A stretch of 64,000 bases of DNA, taken from IMG/VR virus record IMGVR_UViG_3300029258_004576; one strand, written 5' to 3'. This stretch comes from a virus. Of the stretch, positions 20,139 through 29,129 are shown piece after piece. Position numbers and translations under genes: made by a program. The notes beneath the pieces are model-generated. The model was given only the letters and a program-made list of their open reading frames with translations, made no database searches and was not told where the DNA came from. The number at the start of each line of letters is the position of its first letter. Position 1 is the stretch's first letter.

Positions 20139-21263
20139 TTACTCAGTCCAAAAATTTTCTTTGATACTTTGAGCTGTCGCCTTTTCAAAAGCTGTCTCAA
20201 TCGTATCCCCACCTTCTACAAAAGTATCAACAAAATTGTCTTTGCGATAAGAGACGTCATACGCACAAGGAAGGTTCTTCCAGTCTATACCATACATTAC
20301 CGCATGAGCAATTGCATCCTGACGATACTTCTTACCGTCCTGACAATCCTCACAAAATCTCTTGGCAACTTGCAAACCTGTTCGAACACAAACCCATGCC
20401 GTCAACCTCTCCGCCAACACAGTCTCTGGATCTTTGGCAAAACTTTCCAACGCACCAAAATCTTGTTCTTTCAACTTGCTGTATACATACTCAGCATTCT
20501 CTCTCAACCCATCATCCCATTCCGGACTGCTACGTTTCAACTTTGGATTTATCAACTTAACCGCTTTCTTGAAATCGCCTTCTTCAAGAAAATAATTTAC
20601 CTCATCTAAAACCTTCTTGGGATCATCCAATAATTCGTTGTACCTCACAAAATGCACAGGAACACTCGGGTGATCTTTCATCCATTGAGCAGCTGCTAAC
20701 GTCACTTGTAAAAACATCTGCGTGTTGTTTACAATTATCCCCTTGAACAAATCTTGCTTTTGTTTGTTTTTTAAATCAATCACATCAAGTTTTCTCTTAA
20801 GCCTCTCCTGACTTTTGGCCACACTGCCAGGATCTCTCAACATAAAAACAACCTTCTTAATATATCTTGCATCAGAGCGAGCTAGCCCCTGTGAAACAAT
20901 CTTACACACCGGAGACTTCTTCTTGCGCAACAATTCATCCAAAACCTTGGCCCTTCCACGAGCCCAGCGAATTCCTTGAGTCGTATACATACATTCCCAA
21001 AACCCATTAGGATTCATGTCTTTTGTCTGCTCAAGCCATTCGAAATCTTCCTGCTCATTCGACTTGACAGTATATAATCTCCACGCATGACGTGCATCTT
21101 CAGGTTTTGCATTCAATATTTCACGTCTTTTTTGCTGTGGAAATTTCTCTCCAAATATCCGCTCCTTTCCAAGTGCCTCACGTAACAACAACATCATTAA
21201 ACTAGTTCCACTCCTAGGACACCCACTAACCGCTATGACTCCACCATTTGTTTTATCTGACAT
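20139..21263 (-). CDS. Sulfotransferase-family protein (P-loop fold) with a Cys-containing C-terminal extension
   Basis: 5'-PSB loop SGCPRSGTSLMM, 3'-PB FMLRDP...KS, VRYNELLDDP. Start MSDKTN chosen from the TAAGGAGAG RBS. Confidence 0.8.
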   Translation of the reverse strand: MSDKTNGGVIAVSGCPRSGTSLMMLLLREALGKERIFGEKFPQQKRREILNAKPEDARHAWRLYTVKSNEQEDFEWLEQTKDMNPNGFWECMYTTQGIRWARGRAKVLDELLRKKKSPVCKIVSQGLARSDARYIKKVVFMLRDPGSVAKSQERLKRKLDVIDLKNKQKQDLFKGIIVNNTQMFLQVTLAAAQWMKDHPSVPVHFVRYNELLDDPKKVLDEVNYFLEEGDFKKAVKLINPKLKRSSPEWDDGLRENAEYVYSKLKEQDFGALESFAKDPETVLAERLTAWVCVRTGLQVAKRFCEDCQDGKKYRQDAIAHAVMYGIDWKNLPCAYDVSYRKDNFVDTFVEGGDTIETAFEKATAQSIKENFWTE

Positions 21264-21274
21264 CTTTTCTCTCC

Positions 21275-22177
21275 TTAGTAGTTTCCCCACAAACCTGCTG
21301 GATCACCGCTGAACCTTTCCCATTGAAATGTTACTTCAGTGGGACCGGAGCCTATCACAACCGTTCTATCCAACATGGTATCACGAAGTAATCCATTTAT
21401 TCCCGTTGGAGGAGCACCCGAAGAAGCGGTAGTCGTCGTAACTGCGGTCGAGGTGCTTCTCATCCCCCAATAAAATTGAAATTTACTAGAATAAGTATAG
21501 TTAGCTGAAGTAGCATATCTCGCAATCGCATCAAGATAAAGATAGCTTGTATTAGTCGTATCATAAATTGAAAAATGCTCTTTGTTCTTCCTATATGTAC
21601 TATACAAAGGCGAATAATTGTTAATCTCATAACCAGATGGTACCACCGTGTGAATACCCTCTGTCATGCCGCACCACGATTCAGCAGGTTCCATCCCTGA
21701 ACTAATTTGCACTGTCAAACGAGGTGGATAGCCTCTACCTTCTTTAATCGAACAGAACATCGTCAGCCTGATTTCCCAATGCCAATCGTAAGTTTTACCT
21801 GTTTCCCCCCTGTACTCCAAATACAAATCATTATTACCAACGCCCTGCTTGAACGAAGCTTCGCACACCGGAGTAGCTGGTCCTGAGATCAGGGTAACGT
21901 TTGTTGCTCCTATTTGATCGAAATTATTTCGAGCTGTCCAATCCTCTTTTGGTTTGCCCCAATCATATACTGACTCCAATTGCCAACAATATGAATCATC
22001 CAAATCGTCTGGGTTGTTGGCCAAAACACGAACCGATGCCCTGACAACTCCTGGACTGAACAACCCACTGAGCGGATCTCCCCACACGTCCATGTCTAAC
22101 TTTGAACTTTGTGAAAAACCATTAGTAGTTTGAATAGCCCTGGTTGTTACATATTCAAAAACGCTTTTATCCTGCAT
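21275..22177 (-). CDS. Hypothetical fibre-associated protein
   Basis: 300 aa beta-rich ORF with an RBS, lying between fibre genes. Confidence 0.55.
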   Translation of the reverse strand: MQDKSVFEYVTTRAIQTTNGFSQSSKLDMDVWGDPLSGLFSPGVVRASVRVLANNPDDLDDSYCWQLESVYDWGKPKEDWTARNNFDQIGATNVTLISGPATPVCEASFKQGVGNNDLYLEYRGETGKTYDWHWEIRLTMFCSIKEGRGYPPRLTVQISSGMEPAESWCGMTEGIHTVVPSGYEINNYSPLYSTYRKNKEHFSIYDTTNTSYLYLDAIARYATSANYTYSSKFQFYWGMRSTSTAVTTTTASSGAPPTGINGLLRDTMLDRTVVIGSGPTEVTFQWERFSGDPAGLWGNY

Positions 22178-22188
22178 CAGAAGTCTCC

Positions 22189-23832
22189 TTACAGATAGGA
22201 CGCATTTAACAATTGAGCACGAAAAGCACCCTGGAAACCTACTACCTTATCGGCGGCTAATGTATGCGTTCTTCCTATAATCGTGAACGTTTCATAATCG
22301 TCATCTGTTTCAAAAAGAATATGCCAATCCTTTGTAAGAGTCTCCCCTTCTTGACAAACAGTTGTGACCTTTGTTTCCAGCATCACTATGTGCCCCTGAT
22401 CGTTATAGAATGTGAAACTAATATCCCACACCTTTATTTTGGGCTCACTATATGTCTCACCAGACTGAATCGCATTTATTCTCGCTGTCCCCGACAAAAG
22501 ACAACCCCGTGGCATCACAAAACCACCATCATATTGCGTCCCCTCGGGAGAAAGATGAGTTGACGAAGAACTATTCGGAACTATTCCAAAAAGAGTGCAA
22601 CTGAAAATATCCTGAGCTTGGCCTCTGACGTTATCGATCTTTTTTAAACTGTTAACGAAAACACCAGGCCATGTTTTCGTGGTAGCTTCCCTATCGTATT
22701 CGTCGAGCACTGCCTGAAGCGTCACCGCAGAAACATCTATATTTCCGCCAAAAACAGTCTTACCAGCATTAACAAATTGCTCAGGAAGATTCCCCAACTC
22801 TATTTTCTTCTTATTGTTCGAATCCGCACTATCTTCGATAATCATCAAGTCTGCGTTTACAGGTGTCGCTTTCGCCGCTATCGCATTTATTTCACCAGCG
22901 ACGTTGTCATGAATCGCATCTGCGTCTGTACCTAAAAGGTTTCCAACCTGTACCTTCTTCTTGGCATTCGAAGCAGCACTATCCTCGATTAAAACCAGAT
23001 CTGCACTGACGGGTATTGCTTTTTCTGCAACTGCGTTTATCTCACCATCAACGTTGTCGTGGATAGCATCTGTGTCTGTACTCGGAAGGTTTCCAACCTG
23101 TACCTTCTTCTTGGCATTCGAAGCAGCACTATCCTCGATTAAAACCAGATCTGCACTGACGGGTATTGCTTTTTCTGCAACTGCGTTTATCTCACCATCA
23201 ACGTTGTCGTGGATAGCATCTGCATCTGTACCTAAAAGATTTCCAACCTGTACCTTCTTCTTGGCATTTGCCGCTGCGCTGTCTTCGATTAAAACCAGAT
23301 CTGCACTGACGGGTGTCGCCTTTTCAGTAATCGCATTTATCTCACCATTCACATTGTCGTGAATCGCATCTTCATCTGTGCCAGTAGAGACGTCATCAAC
23401 TTTCTGAAAAAAAACATTCATCTTCTCTTCGCTACCCCTGGCACCATCGTAAGGAAATTGCGAATTATCATGTTTTACTTCGTTCAATGCAGGTAAACAA
23501 TATCCGGTTTTTTCTAAAGGTACTCCAAAGAACCATGTCGTCCTAGACTCTGAAATAGTCCCTTCATTCACCGTCAACCTGATCAGATAACTCCCTCTTG
23601 TGTTTATCTCAAAATCGCAAGTATGAGTCGTGTCGTTGTTAATCGTAACAGACGCACCGAACGGCATACTGACCATCTCCCACAAGTAGGTCGTCTCAGC
23701 CTTGTTCAAAGCTTCGCATTCAACTTTTTCACTCGCGACCGAATACAGATCAATGTCTCGCCTCGCACGATCCCACTCTGCATACGGAGTACCTGGAGGC
23801 TGGTTGATACGAAAAGTTGAAAGAGTTGACAT
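22189..23832 (-). CDS. Fibre protein with a PKD/Ig-like N-terminus and four ~50-aa repeats
   Basis: TYLWEMVSMP...GSYLIRLTV (PKD-like); same DAIHDNV repeat as 17426..20128. Confidence 0.7.
   Translation of the reverse strand: MSTLSTFRINQPPGTPYAEWDRARRDIDLYSVASEKVECEALNKAETTYLWEMVSMPFGASVTINNDTTHTCDFEINTRGSYLIRLTVNEGTISESRTTWFFGVPLEKTGYCLPALNEVKHDNSQFPYDGARGSEEKMNVFFQKVDDVSTGTDEDAIHDNVNGEINAITEKATPVSADLVLIEDSAAANAKKKVQVGNLLGTDADAIHDNVDGEINAVAEKAIPVSADLVLIEDSAASNAKKKVQVGNLPSTDTDAIHDNVDGEINAVAEKAIPVSADLVLIEDSAASNAKKKVQVGNLLGTDADAIHDNVAGEINAIAAKATPVNADLMIIEDSADSNNKKKIELGNLPEQFVNAGKTVFGGNIDVSAVTLQAVLDEYDREATTKTWPGVFVNSLKKIDNVRGQAQDIFSCTLFGIVPNSSSSTHLSPEGTQYDGGFVMPRGCLLSGTARINAIQSGETYSEPKIKVWDISFTFYNDQGHIVMLETKVTTVCQEGETLTKDWHILFETDDDYETFTIIGRTHTLAADKVVGFQGAFRAQLLNASYL
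22785..23370 (-). repeat. Coding tandem repeat, 4 units of ~150 bp
   Basis: Same repeat family as 18380..19888. Confidence 0.9.
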
Positions 23833-23841
23833 ATTATTCTC

Positions 23842-24318
23842 CTACGGAATAGTAGCGATTGTTTCTTCGCTCACATTTGGCTCAGATGTTGTGTAAATTG
23901 TTCCATTCGTCCAAATGTCATACACCTCCACATCAAACCCGTGAATAGCACACAACACCTTGTAAGCATCCGTCGTGCCCTTTATTAAACGCCATCGTCC
24001 AGCAATTTCAATCTTCATCCGCTGATATTCTTCCGGCTCGTCCAGATCAGGGATTATTCCAAAGTTGCCAGCAATATAACGCAATAAATCTTTTCGTGCT
24101 GTCCTTGGATCGATGACGTAATCATGAGACTTGTAAACCAAAAATTTCAGACTATTTATAGGAGGTATCATACATTTTACGAACTTCTCGTACCATCCCC
24201 CTGCATCCAGATCTTCCTGCTTCTTCTCTTCGGGCAACTCCTCCCACAATACCTGATAAGCCCAATCAGCATGACCAAAAGGATCTACTCCAAACTTATC
24301 TTTTCCAAACCCACTCAT
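23842..24318 (-). CDS. Phage tail protein I-like baseplate wedge (N-terminal domain)
   Basis: LLRYIAGNFG...YQRMKI...WRLIKGTTDAYK pattern typical of P2 gpI-like proteins. Confidence 0.7.
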   Translation of the reverse strand: MSGFGKDKFGVDPFGHADWAYQVLWEELPEEKKQEDLDAGGWYEKFVKCMIPPINSLKFLVYKSHDYVIDPRTARKDLLRYIAGNFGIIPDLDEPEEYQRMKIEIAGRWRLIKGTTDAYKVLCAIHGFDVEVYDIWTNGTIYTTSEPNVSEETIATIP

Positions 24319-24323
24319 TTATC

Positions 24324-25127
24324 TCACTCCCCGAATGTTTCCTCGTTACTATCTCTCACCCTAATCCGAAAACTGTAAGTGTCACTCGATGCTGACGAAT
24401 TGACAACTTTGACCCACAAACTCCCCCTGTTGATAAGCTCGATAAAAAACACACTGCGCTCGTAAAACGGAGCTGTTGTCACATCGATCCCCGTGCTGCT
24501 GTACAGCAACTCCCCCGTCCCCGATGGATCGTCGTCATACACATAAATAGCCGTATCATCAGATGCCGGTACCGCACTCGATAATTCTATCGCTTGCACC
24601 TCGCCTTTCAAAATCGTATGAACATCTATCTCTCTGACCCACTCACCCCCTCCAGACGCCACCACACCCGTGCTCAGGGTATCATCGAATATACCCGTCG
24701 GAGGACCTTGCCACGGACGCATGATGAGTTGAGAGCCCTCCCTGATCGCAACCAATACACTGTTCCGTTGGTTGGTCCCCGTCATGGGGGTAGAAGTGGT
24801 TTGCAAGACAGCATCGTAATTGCTGGACAGAGGACGAGTAATATCGATATACGCCGTCTCCCCATCATTCAACGTAACACTCGACGCCAAAATCCTCACC
24901 CTGCCACCCGAAAGTGTGCTTTTCACATACAAATTCTCAGTCCACGTCAAAGTATTAGCAGAAGCATCCAAAGAAACACTCCCACCTCCAGACAGCACAA
25001 GGTATGCATTCTCAATCGATGCCCATACGTCCGAATCCTGCTGATTTATCAAAGCTACGAAAATAGCCCACCAGTCTTTTTGTTCCTCTGTCGGATATTC
25101 CCAAAGCATCCTGCTTGTACTCGGCAT
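24324..25127 (-). CDS. Hypothetical baseplate-region protein
   Basis: 267 aa between the wedge genes, in operon context. Confidence 0.55.
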   Translation of the reverse strand: MPSTSRMLWEYPTEEQKDWWAIFVALINQQDSDVWASIENAYLVLSGGGSVSLDASANTLTWTENLYVKSTLSGGRVRILASSVTLNDGETAYIDITRPLSSNYDAVLQTTSTPMTGTNQRNSVLVAIREGSQLIMRPWQGPPTGIFDDTLSTGVVASGGGEWVREIDVHTILKGEVQAIELSSAVPASDDTAIYVYDDDPSGTGELLYSSTGIDVTTAPFYERSVFFIELINRGSLWVKVVNSSASSDTYSFRIRVRDSNEETFGE

Positions 25128-25130
25128 TTT

Positions 25131-27866
25131 TTACTCCTCAATCTGTGTGACAGTTACAGACCATTTTGTCACAACTTCATGCTCACCAACGAACAGATTA
25201 CCATTGCTGTCAACACTCGGAGGAGTACCTGTGTTCGCTGGGTTATTATAAGCAGTATCCTCAATCGTATTGTTGCTGTATGCCACCCCATCTATCCCAT
25301 CGACAGCATCATAATACTCACTCCTCAACAAAGGCTGCTCGTAATCCCGACCCTTGAACATCGTATCGATAGCCGCCAACACCAACGCTCTAACCGTTTG
25401 AAAAATGAACAAAGGCTCCAGCTTGATTTTGATGTCGAGCTTAACCTTTACCAAGTAATAATCTCCACTCACCACACTGTTCTGAACCGACCGGATCTTC
25501 CGCTCGTCCAAGTAGGTTTTCAAATCTTGCTTCAAAGCCAACGTTGGTGCTGTATAAAACCCGTTGGCATCCAACGCTAGACACGACACCCGCACAACAT
25601 TCGCCTTGCAATCTCCAGAATAAATCGTGTCGATATAGGTTTCCAACTCATCTATATCATTCTGCATCTGGGTAGGTACTCCACCTGCATCGTCAGACAA
25701 TGTCTGGGTCGATGTAGCCTCGGTGTCTATGTCGTCACAATCTGAATCAATCTTGGTCATATATCCATCAGAAGCCGTGGCGTAACCATCAATCGTGTCA
25801 CCATGTGTAGAGAAATTACCTACGTTTGTCTTGGCAGTTGCTGAATCAACCAAAGCGTCATCCAGTATGCTTTGAATACTCGTTGCCTGATACTGGTATG
25901 TCGTAATAATCGAGACACCATATTTGCCTGATATTCCTTCAGGTGCATTGGTGAATGTCACTGAAATTCCACCCGTTGCCCAGGTGATCGAACCCGTTAT
26001 TCCAGTTCCGCTAATCGCCCCAGTCGGTGTCGCTGTATCCGAATAACCGACGATAGCCGCTCCGTACACATCTACCAATAACGACGTACCGTAAATCCGT
26101 GGACCACTGTACTCAATAGTGGTGGTACTGACATACTTCAGAATCTGCCGATATTCTCCACCAATCCGAATCATTTTACCTACATCGGTACTTGCAAATA
26201 CCGGAGCAGCTGTAGCTATCAACCTGCCAGGCGTCGTATCACAGTCTCCATCCGTCGCAGATTTGGACGCATTCAAATCCAAAGCAAAAACCGTCAAGGA
26301 ACCTTCCCTGATCGGTTTCATCGCCAACGTCTTGGTAAAAGGACCAACCGTTACTCCATCACCCTGACCAACAATCTCCTGATACGACATGAACTCCAGC
26401 TGGGTTTTTGCCTGATCTATATGATCATCACAATCGTCGATATTACCCTCTACCGTTGTCACCTCTGTATCTATGAGATCTGTCGTCGTCCGGATGTTGG
26501 TGTTTGCCGTGTTGGCCGCATCAGTTTGATTCCGGATAGTATCCGCTGTCGCTACATCGCCCGTGATCGCCTTGATGTCATCCTGGTTTGTCCGAATGCC
26601 GGTAAGATACCCGCTCAACGTCGTTCTGTCCGCCGTAATGGCATCCATCAACGTCTGCATCTCCAAATCCTGGCTCACACCACGGATAATCAACGCGTTG
26701 GCCTTAGCCACAGCCCCGGAGACAGACGTAAACTGCCCAGCTAGGGTTTGATAGTCCCCCTCGGTAACCAGCCTCTCAGCCGCCAGGAAGTACCTTGGGG
26801 CCTCTGCCTTGATTTCTTCGTCCGTTGCCGGTGGGGCTCCACCAGACGCTGGATCAGGATTGGTTACAGTCACAGGTATCTGTTGATAGTTTACGATCAC
26901 TGGCGTGATGTTCTCTGTTACTGTCCCAGATGTCGCCAATGCTCCATCATTTCCCCTGGTAGCAACGTAGCTCACTCGGATTTCAACCCCGGATGGAGGC
27001 ATCTTGCCTACCACGCCGTTGCCAAACCGAATTTGAGGAGGAGATGTCAAATAAAGTATCTCATACGACTCGTCATCGGAATAAGGTAGAAAATCCACCT
27101 CAGACCACTCAACCAAATCCACAGTCAAATACGTCTTGAACTGAGCAAGATACTGACCATCGGGAACCAGCGATAACTCGTATACCTGATTTGGCGTACC
27201 GTCTGAAACAAAGACCTCCGTGAACGTCTGCCCCTGAAACATCCCTATCGTTTTGGTCGTATCCCCAGCGGGTATTACCTGCTCTGTAGCCAACTCGAAA
27301 ATCAGATCGTTCGGACCCTTGACTTGATGCTCAGCCTTGATAGGCACATCAAACGAATATCCCCCTGTTGGTGCACTCGACAAAGTAAAAACCACATCCA
27401 CAGATGCAGAAACAGAAGGTGGTGGCTTGTATCCAAGGTATCGAGCCAGCCGAGCAATATTTCCACTCACCCTGGCCAACTCCATGTACCAGTCGTCAAC
27501 CTCCCGATCCATGTACCAACTCAACTGGTCAAAAGCCGCTGCAACATACTCAGCTATCATCATAGCCGGTTCACTCGACATGAAATCGTTAAAACTATCC
27601 CCCCATCGCTCCCTGATGTACGCAACAATCTCGTCTAAAAACGTCTGGTAATCTTTGGCTGAATACAACGACCGAGTCAGCGTTATCTCTCTCCTCATAT
27701 CGTCTCGAACAGCCGCACCTTCTGCCATCTCTACCCAATTCGGATAAGACGGATCTGTCGTAACAACAGTCTGAATATAGAGCTTGTCTAAGGTGAGATC
27801 ATAATACCTGTCCCATTGCTCCGATCCTGTCGGTGCCGTCGTATACTCTGGTACTGCTAATATCAT
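25131..27866 (-). CDS. gp6: Baseplate wedge subunit (T4 gp6 / P2 gpJ-like) with a large insertion
   Basis: AKDYQTF...NDFMSSEP.MM, LGYKP, QIRFGNGVVG, ASGGAPP...IK..AP, VTEGDY motifs. Confidence 0.85.
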   Translation of the reverse strand: MILAVPEYTTAPTGSEQWDRYYDLTLDKLYIQTVVTTDPSYPNWVEMAEGAAVRDDMRREITLTRSLYSAKDYQTFLDEIVAYIRERWGDSFNDFMSSEPAMMIAEYVAAAFDQLSWYMDREVDDWYMELARVSGNIARLARYLGYKPPPSVSASVDVVFTLSSAPTGGYSFDVPIKAEHQVKGPNDLIFELATEQVIPAGDTTKTIGMFQGQTFTEVFVSDGTPNQVYELSLVPDGQYLAQFKTYLTVDLVEWSEVDFLPYSDDESYEILYLTSPPQIRFGNGVVGKMPPSGVEIRVSYVATRGNDGALATSGTVTENITPVIVNYQQIPVTVTNPDPASGGAPPATDEEIKAEAPRYFLAAERLVTEGDYQTLAGQFTSVSGAVAKANALIIRGVSQDLEMQTLMDAITADRTTLSGYLTGIRTNQDDIKAITGDVATADTIRNQTDAANTANTNIRTTTDLIDTEVTTVEGNIDDCDDHIDQAKTQLEFMSYQEIVGQGDGVTVGPFTKTLAMKPIREGSLTVFALDLNASKSATDGDCDTTPGRLIATAAPVFASTDVGKMIRIGGEYRQILKYVSTTTIEYSGPRIYGTSLLVDVYGAAIVGYSDTATPTGAISGTGITGSITWATGGISVTFTNAPEGISGKYGVSIITTYQYQATSIQSILDDALVDSATAKTNVGNFSTHGDTIDGYATASDGYMTKIDSDCDDIDTEATSTQTLSDDAGGVPTQMQNDIDELETYIDTIYSGDCKANVVRVSCLALDANGFYTAPTLALKQDLKTYLDERKIRSVQNSVVSGDYYLVKVKLDIKIKLEPLFIFQTVRALVLAAIDTMFKGRDYEQPLLRSEYYDAVDGIDGVAYSNNTIEDTAYNNPANTGTPPSVDSNGNLFVGEHEVVTKWSVTVTQIEE

Positions 27867-27877
27867 GTCCTATCCTT

Positions 27878-28243
27878 TTACAACGCTGGTGCCGAGATAG
27901 ACGTCGAGCTAATCGCCCCTTTATATTCATATGTCACTGTTATGGTCACAGGATCAGTATCCTTTTCGCTTTCCTCGACGTCAATGTTTAGTACCTTGAC
28001 AACTGGTAAATGTTGCTTCAAAGCAATCGATATTTCACGCTTGGCCAATGACTGCAACAAAATACCCTTATTCTCAAAAACAAGCTTCATCACCTCGCTT
28101 CCGAAAGACAAATTCATCTTTCGCTCTCCAAGCGCAGTGAAAATAATATCCGTTATCGCCTGATCCATTACATCAGAACCCTCAATAAACGTTGGAAAAA
28201 CCTTCCAAGGCCACGAAACTCCTACTACTCCAGAAATCGACAT
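27878..28243 (-). CDS. gp25: Baseplate wedge gp25/GPW-like protein
   Basis: IIFTALGERKMNLSFGSEV motif. Confidence 0.85.
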   Translation of the reverse strand: MSISGVVGVSWPWKVFPTFIEGSDVMDQAITDIIFTALGERKMNLSFGSEVMKLVFENKGILLQSLAKREISIALKQHLPVVKVLNIDVEESEKDTDPVTITVTYEYKGAISSTSISAPAL

Positions 28244-28252
28244 CGTTCCCTC

Positions 28253-28753
28253 CTAGGTCACCTTTGCAGGTGGTGGTGGACCAGCAGGAGGAGGAGGCGT
28301 AGTGAATGTCACCAATACCGTCTTCGTCGCTGCATCCAAAGCCGAAGCTATTATCTGCCCAATACTGTCCTCCATGTTTTGAACATTGGATAGACCAGCT
28401 GTGATCGCAGGTATTACCGCCGCTGCCCCAGGCATCACAGTAACCATACCCATTATTGGACCACCAGAAAACTGTACAGGAGGCATCAGCCAGTACGATT
28501 GTATCGCCGCAGAAAAGGCTTGAGCTACCATCGCAGCCTGGCCGTTCGACGATGACAATGCCCCCGCCAAAATACCCTCCATCCTCGTCTTCTCTGTCGT
28601 GGTAAATATCGGCAATGCCGCCCCTGCCATTGCCTCTTTGCAATACGTATCGTACTCCTGAGCAATCTTGGAAGCTGCCAACGCACCATTGTCCGGCTGA
28701 TCCTTGAATACCCCCGCCAAACCCTTGGCCAATGTTGCAACATTCAATGGCAT
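28253..28753 (-). CDS. Hypothetical spike-region protein
   Basis: 166 aa Ala-rich, ending in a Pro-rich tail; lies between the spike and gp25 genes. Confidence 0.6.
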   Translation of the reverse strand: MPLNVATLAKGLAGVFKDQPDNGALAASKIAQEYDTYCKEAMAGAALPIFTTTEKTRMEGILAGALSSSNGQAAMVAQAFSAAIQSYWLMPPVQFSGGPIMGMVTVMPGAAAVIPAITAGLSNVQNMEDSIGQIIASALDAATKTVLVTFTTPPPPAGPPPPAKVT

Positions 28754-28757
28754 GACA

Positions 28758-29129
28758 TCAATCCAATGGGCACGTCGGAAGAGCAGGTGCTTCCGGTGGG
28801 CTCGGTAGGCTCGGTGGGCTCGGCAACGCCGGTAACCCAGGGAGACTCACTGATGGAAACGATGGAGCCGCTGTCGCCCCTGGTATCGCAAAACTCGGTG
28901 GGCTCGGCAAACTCGGAGCACTTGGCAAACTCGGAGCGCTCGGCAATGCCGGTAACCCAGGTAAACTCACTGATGGAAACGATGGAGCTACTGTTGCCCC
29001 TGGTACCGCAAAACTCGGTGGGCTCGGCAAACTCGGTGGGCTCGGTGGGCTCGGTGGGCTCGGCAACGCCGGTAACCCAGGAAGACTCACTGATGGAAAT
29101 TCTATTTCTGTAAATGCACATTTGCTCAT
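28758..29129 (-). CDS. Pro/Ser-rich repeat protein bounded by Cys (MSKC...CPLD)
   Basis: ATGA overlap with the spike stop; three FPSVSLPGLPALPS units. Confidence 0.6.
   Translation of the reverse strand: MSKCAFTEIEFPSVSLPGLPALPSPPSPPSPPSLPSPPSFAVPGATVAPSFPSVSLPGLPALPSAPSLPSAPSLPSPPSFAIPGATAAPSFPSVSLPGLPALPSPPSLPSPPEAPALPTCPLD
28790..29100. repeat. 120-bp tandem repeat (x2.5-3) with nested 9-bp ctcggtggg units
   Basis: cggcaa(c/t)gccggtaacccag at 28821, 28941 and 29061, an exact 120-bp period. Confidence 0.9.

Noticed and set aside
18380-23370. Possible diversity-generating retroelement TR/VR pair
   Set aside because: No reverse transcriptase in the window; the repeats are in-frame shaft units, and differences are not adenine-specific.
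23832-23844. TAG recoding or readthrough (in-frame TAG 9 nt before the next ATG)
   Set aside because: TAGGAG doubles as the RBS. Long genes are intact under code 11, and other TAG stops (MCP, 47364) end genes cleanly.
24594-25580. 328-aa plus-strand ORF and the many other plus-strand ORFs
   Set aside because: All lie opposite well-supported minus-strand genes and have no recognisable domains.
28790-29100. Possible CRISPR array
   Set aside because: Repeats are contiguous coding units in multiples of 3 with no unique spacers, and no cas genes are present.
28766-29121. Plus-strand repeat ORFs opposite the Pro-rich gene
   Set aside because: They arise from stop-free repeats; the minus-strand ORF has the operon-consistent overlap with the spike gene.
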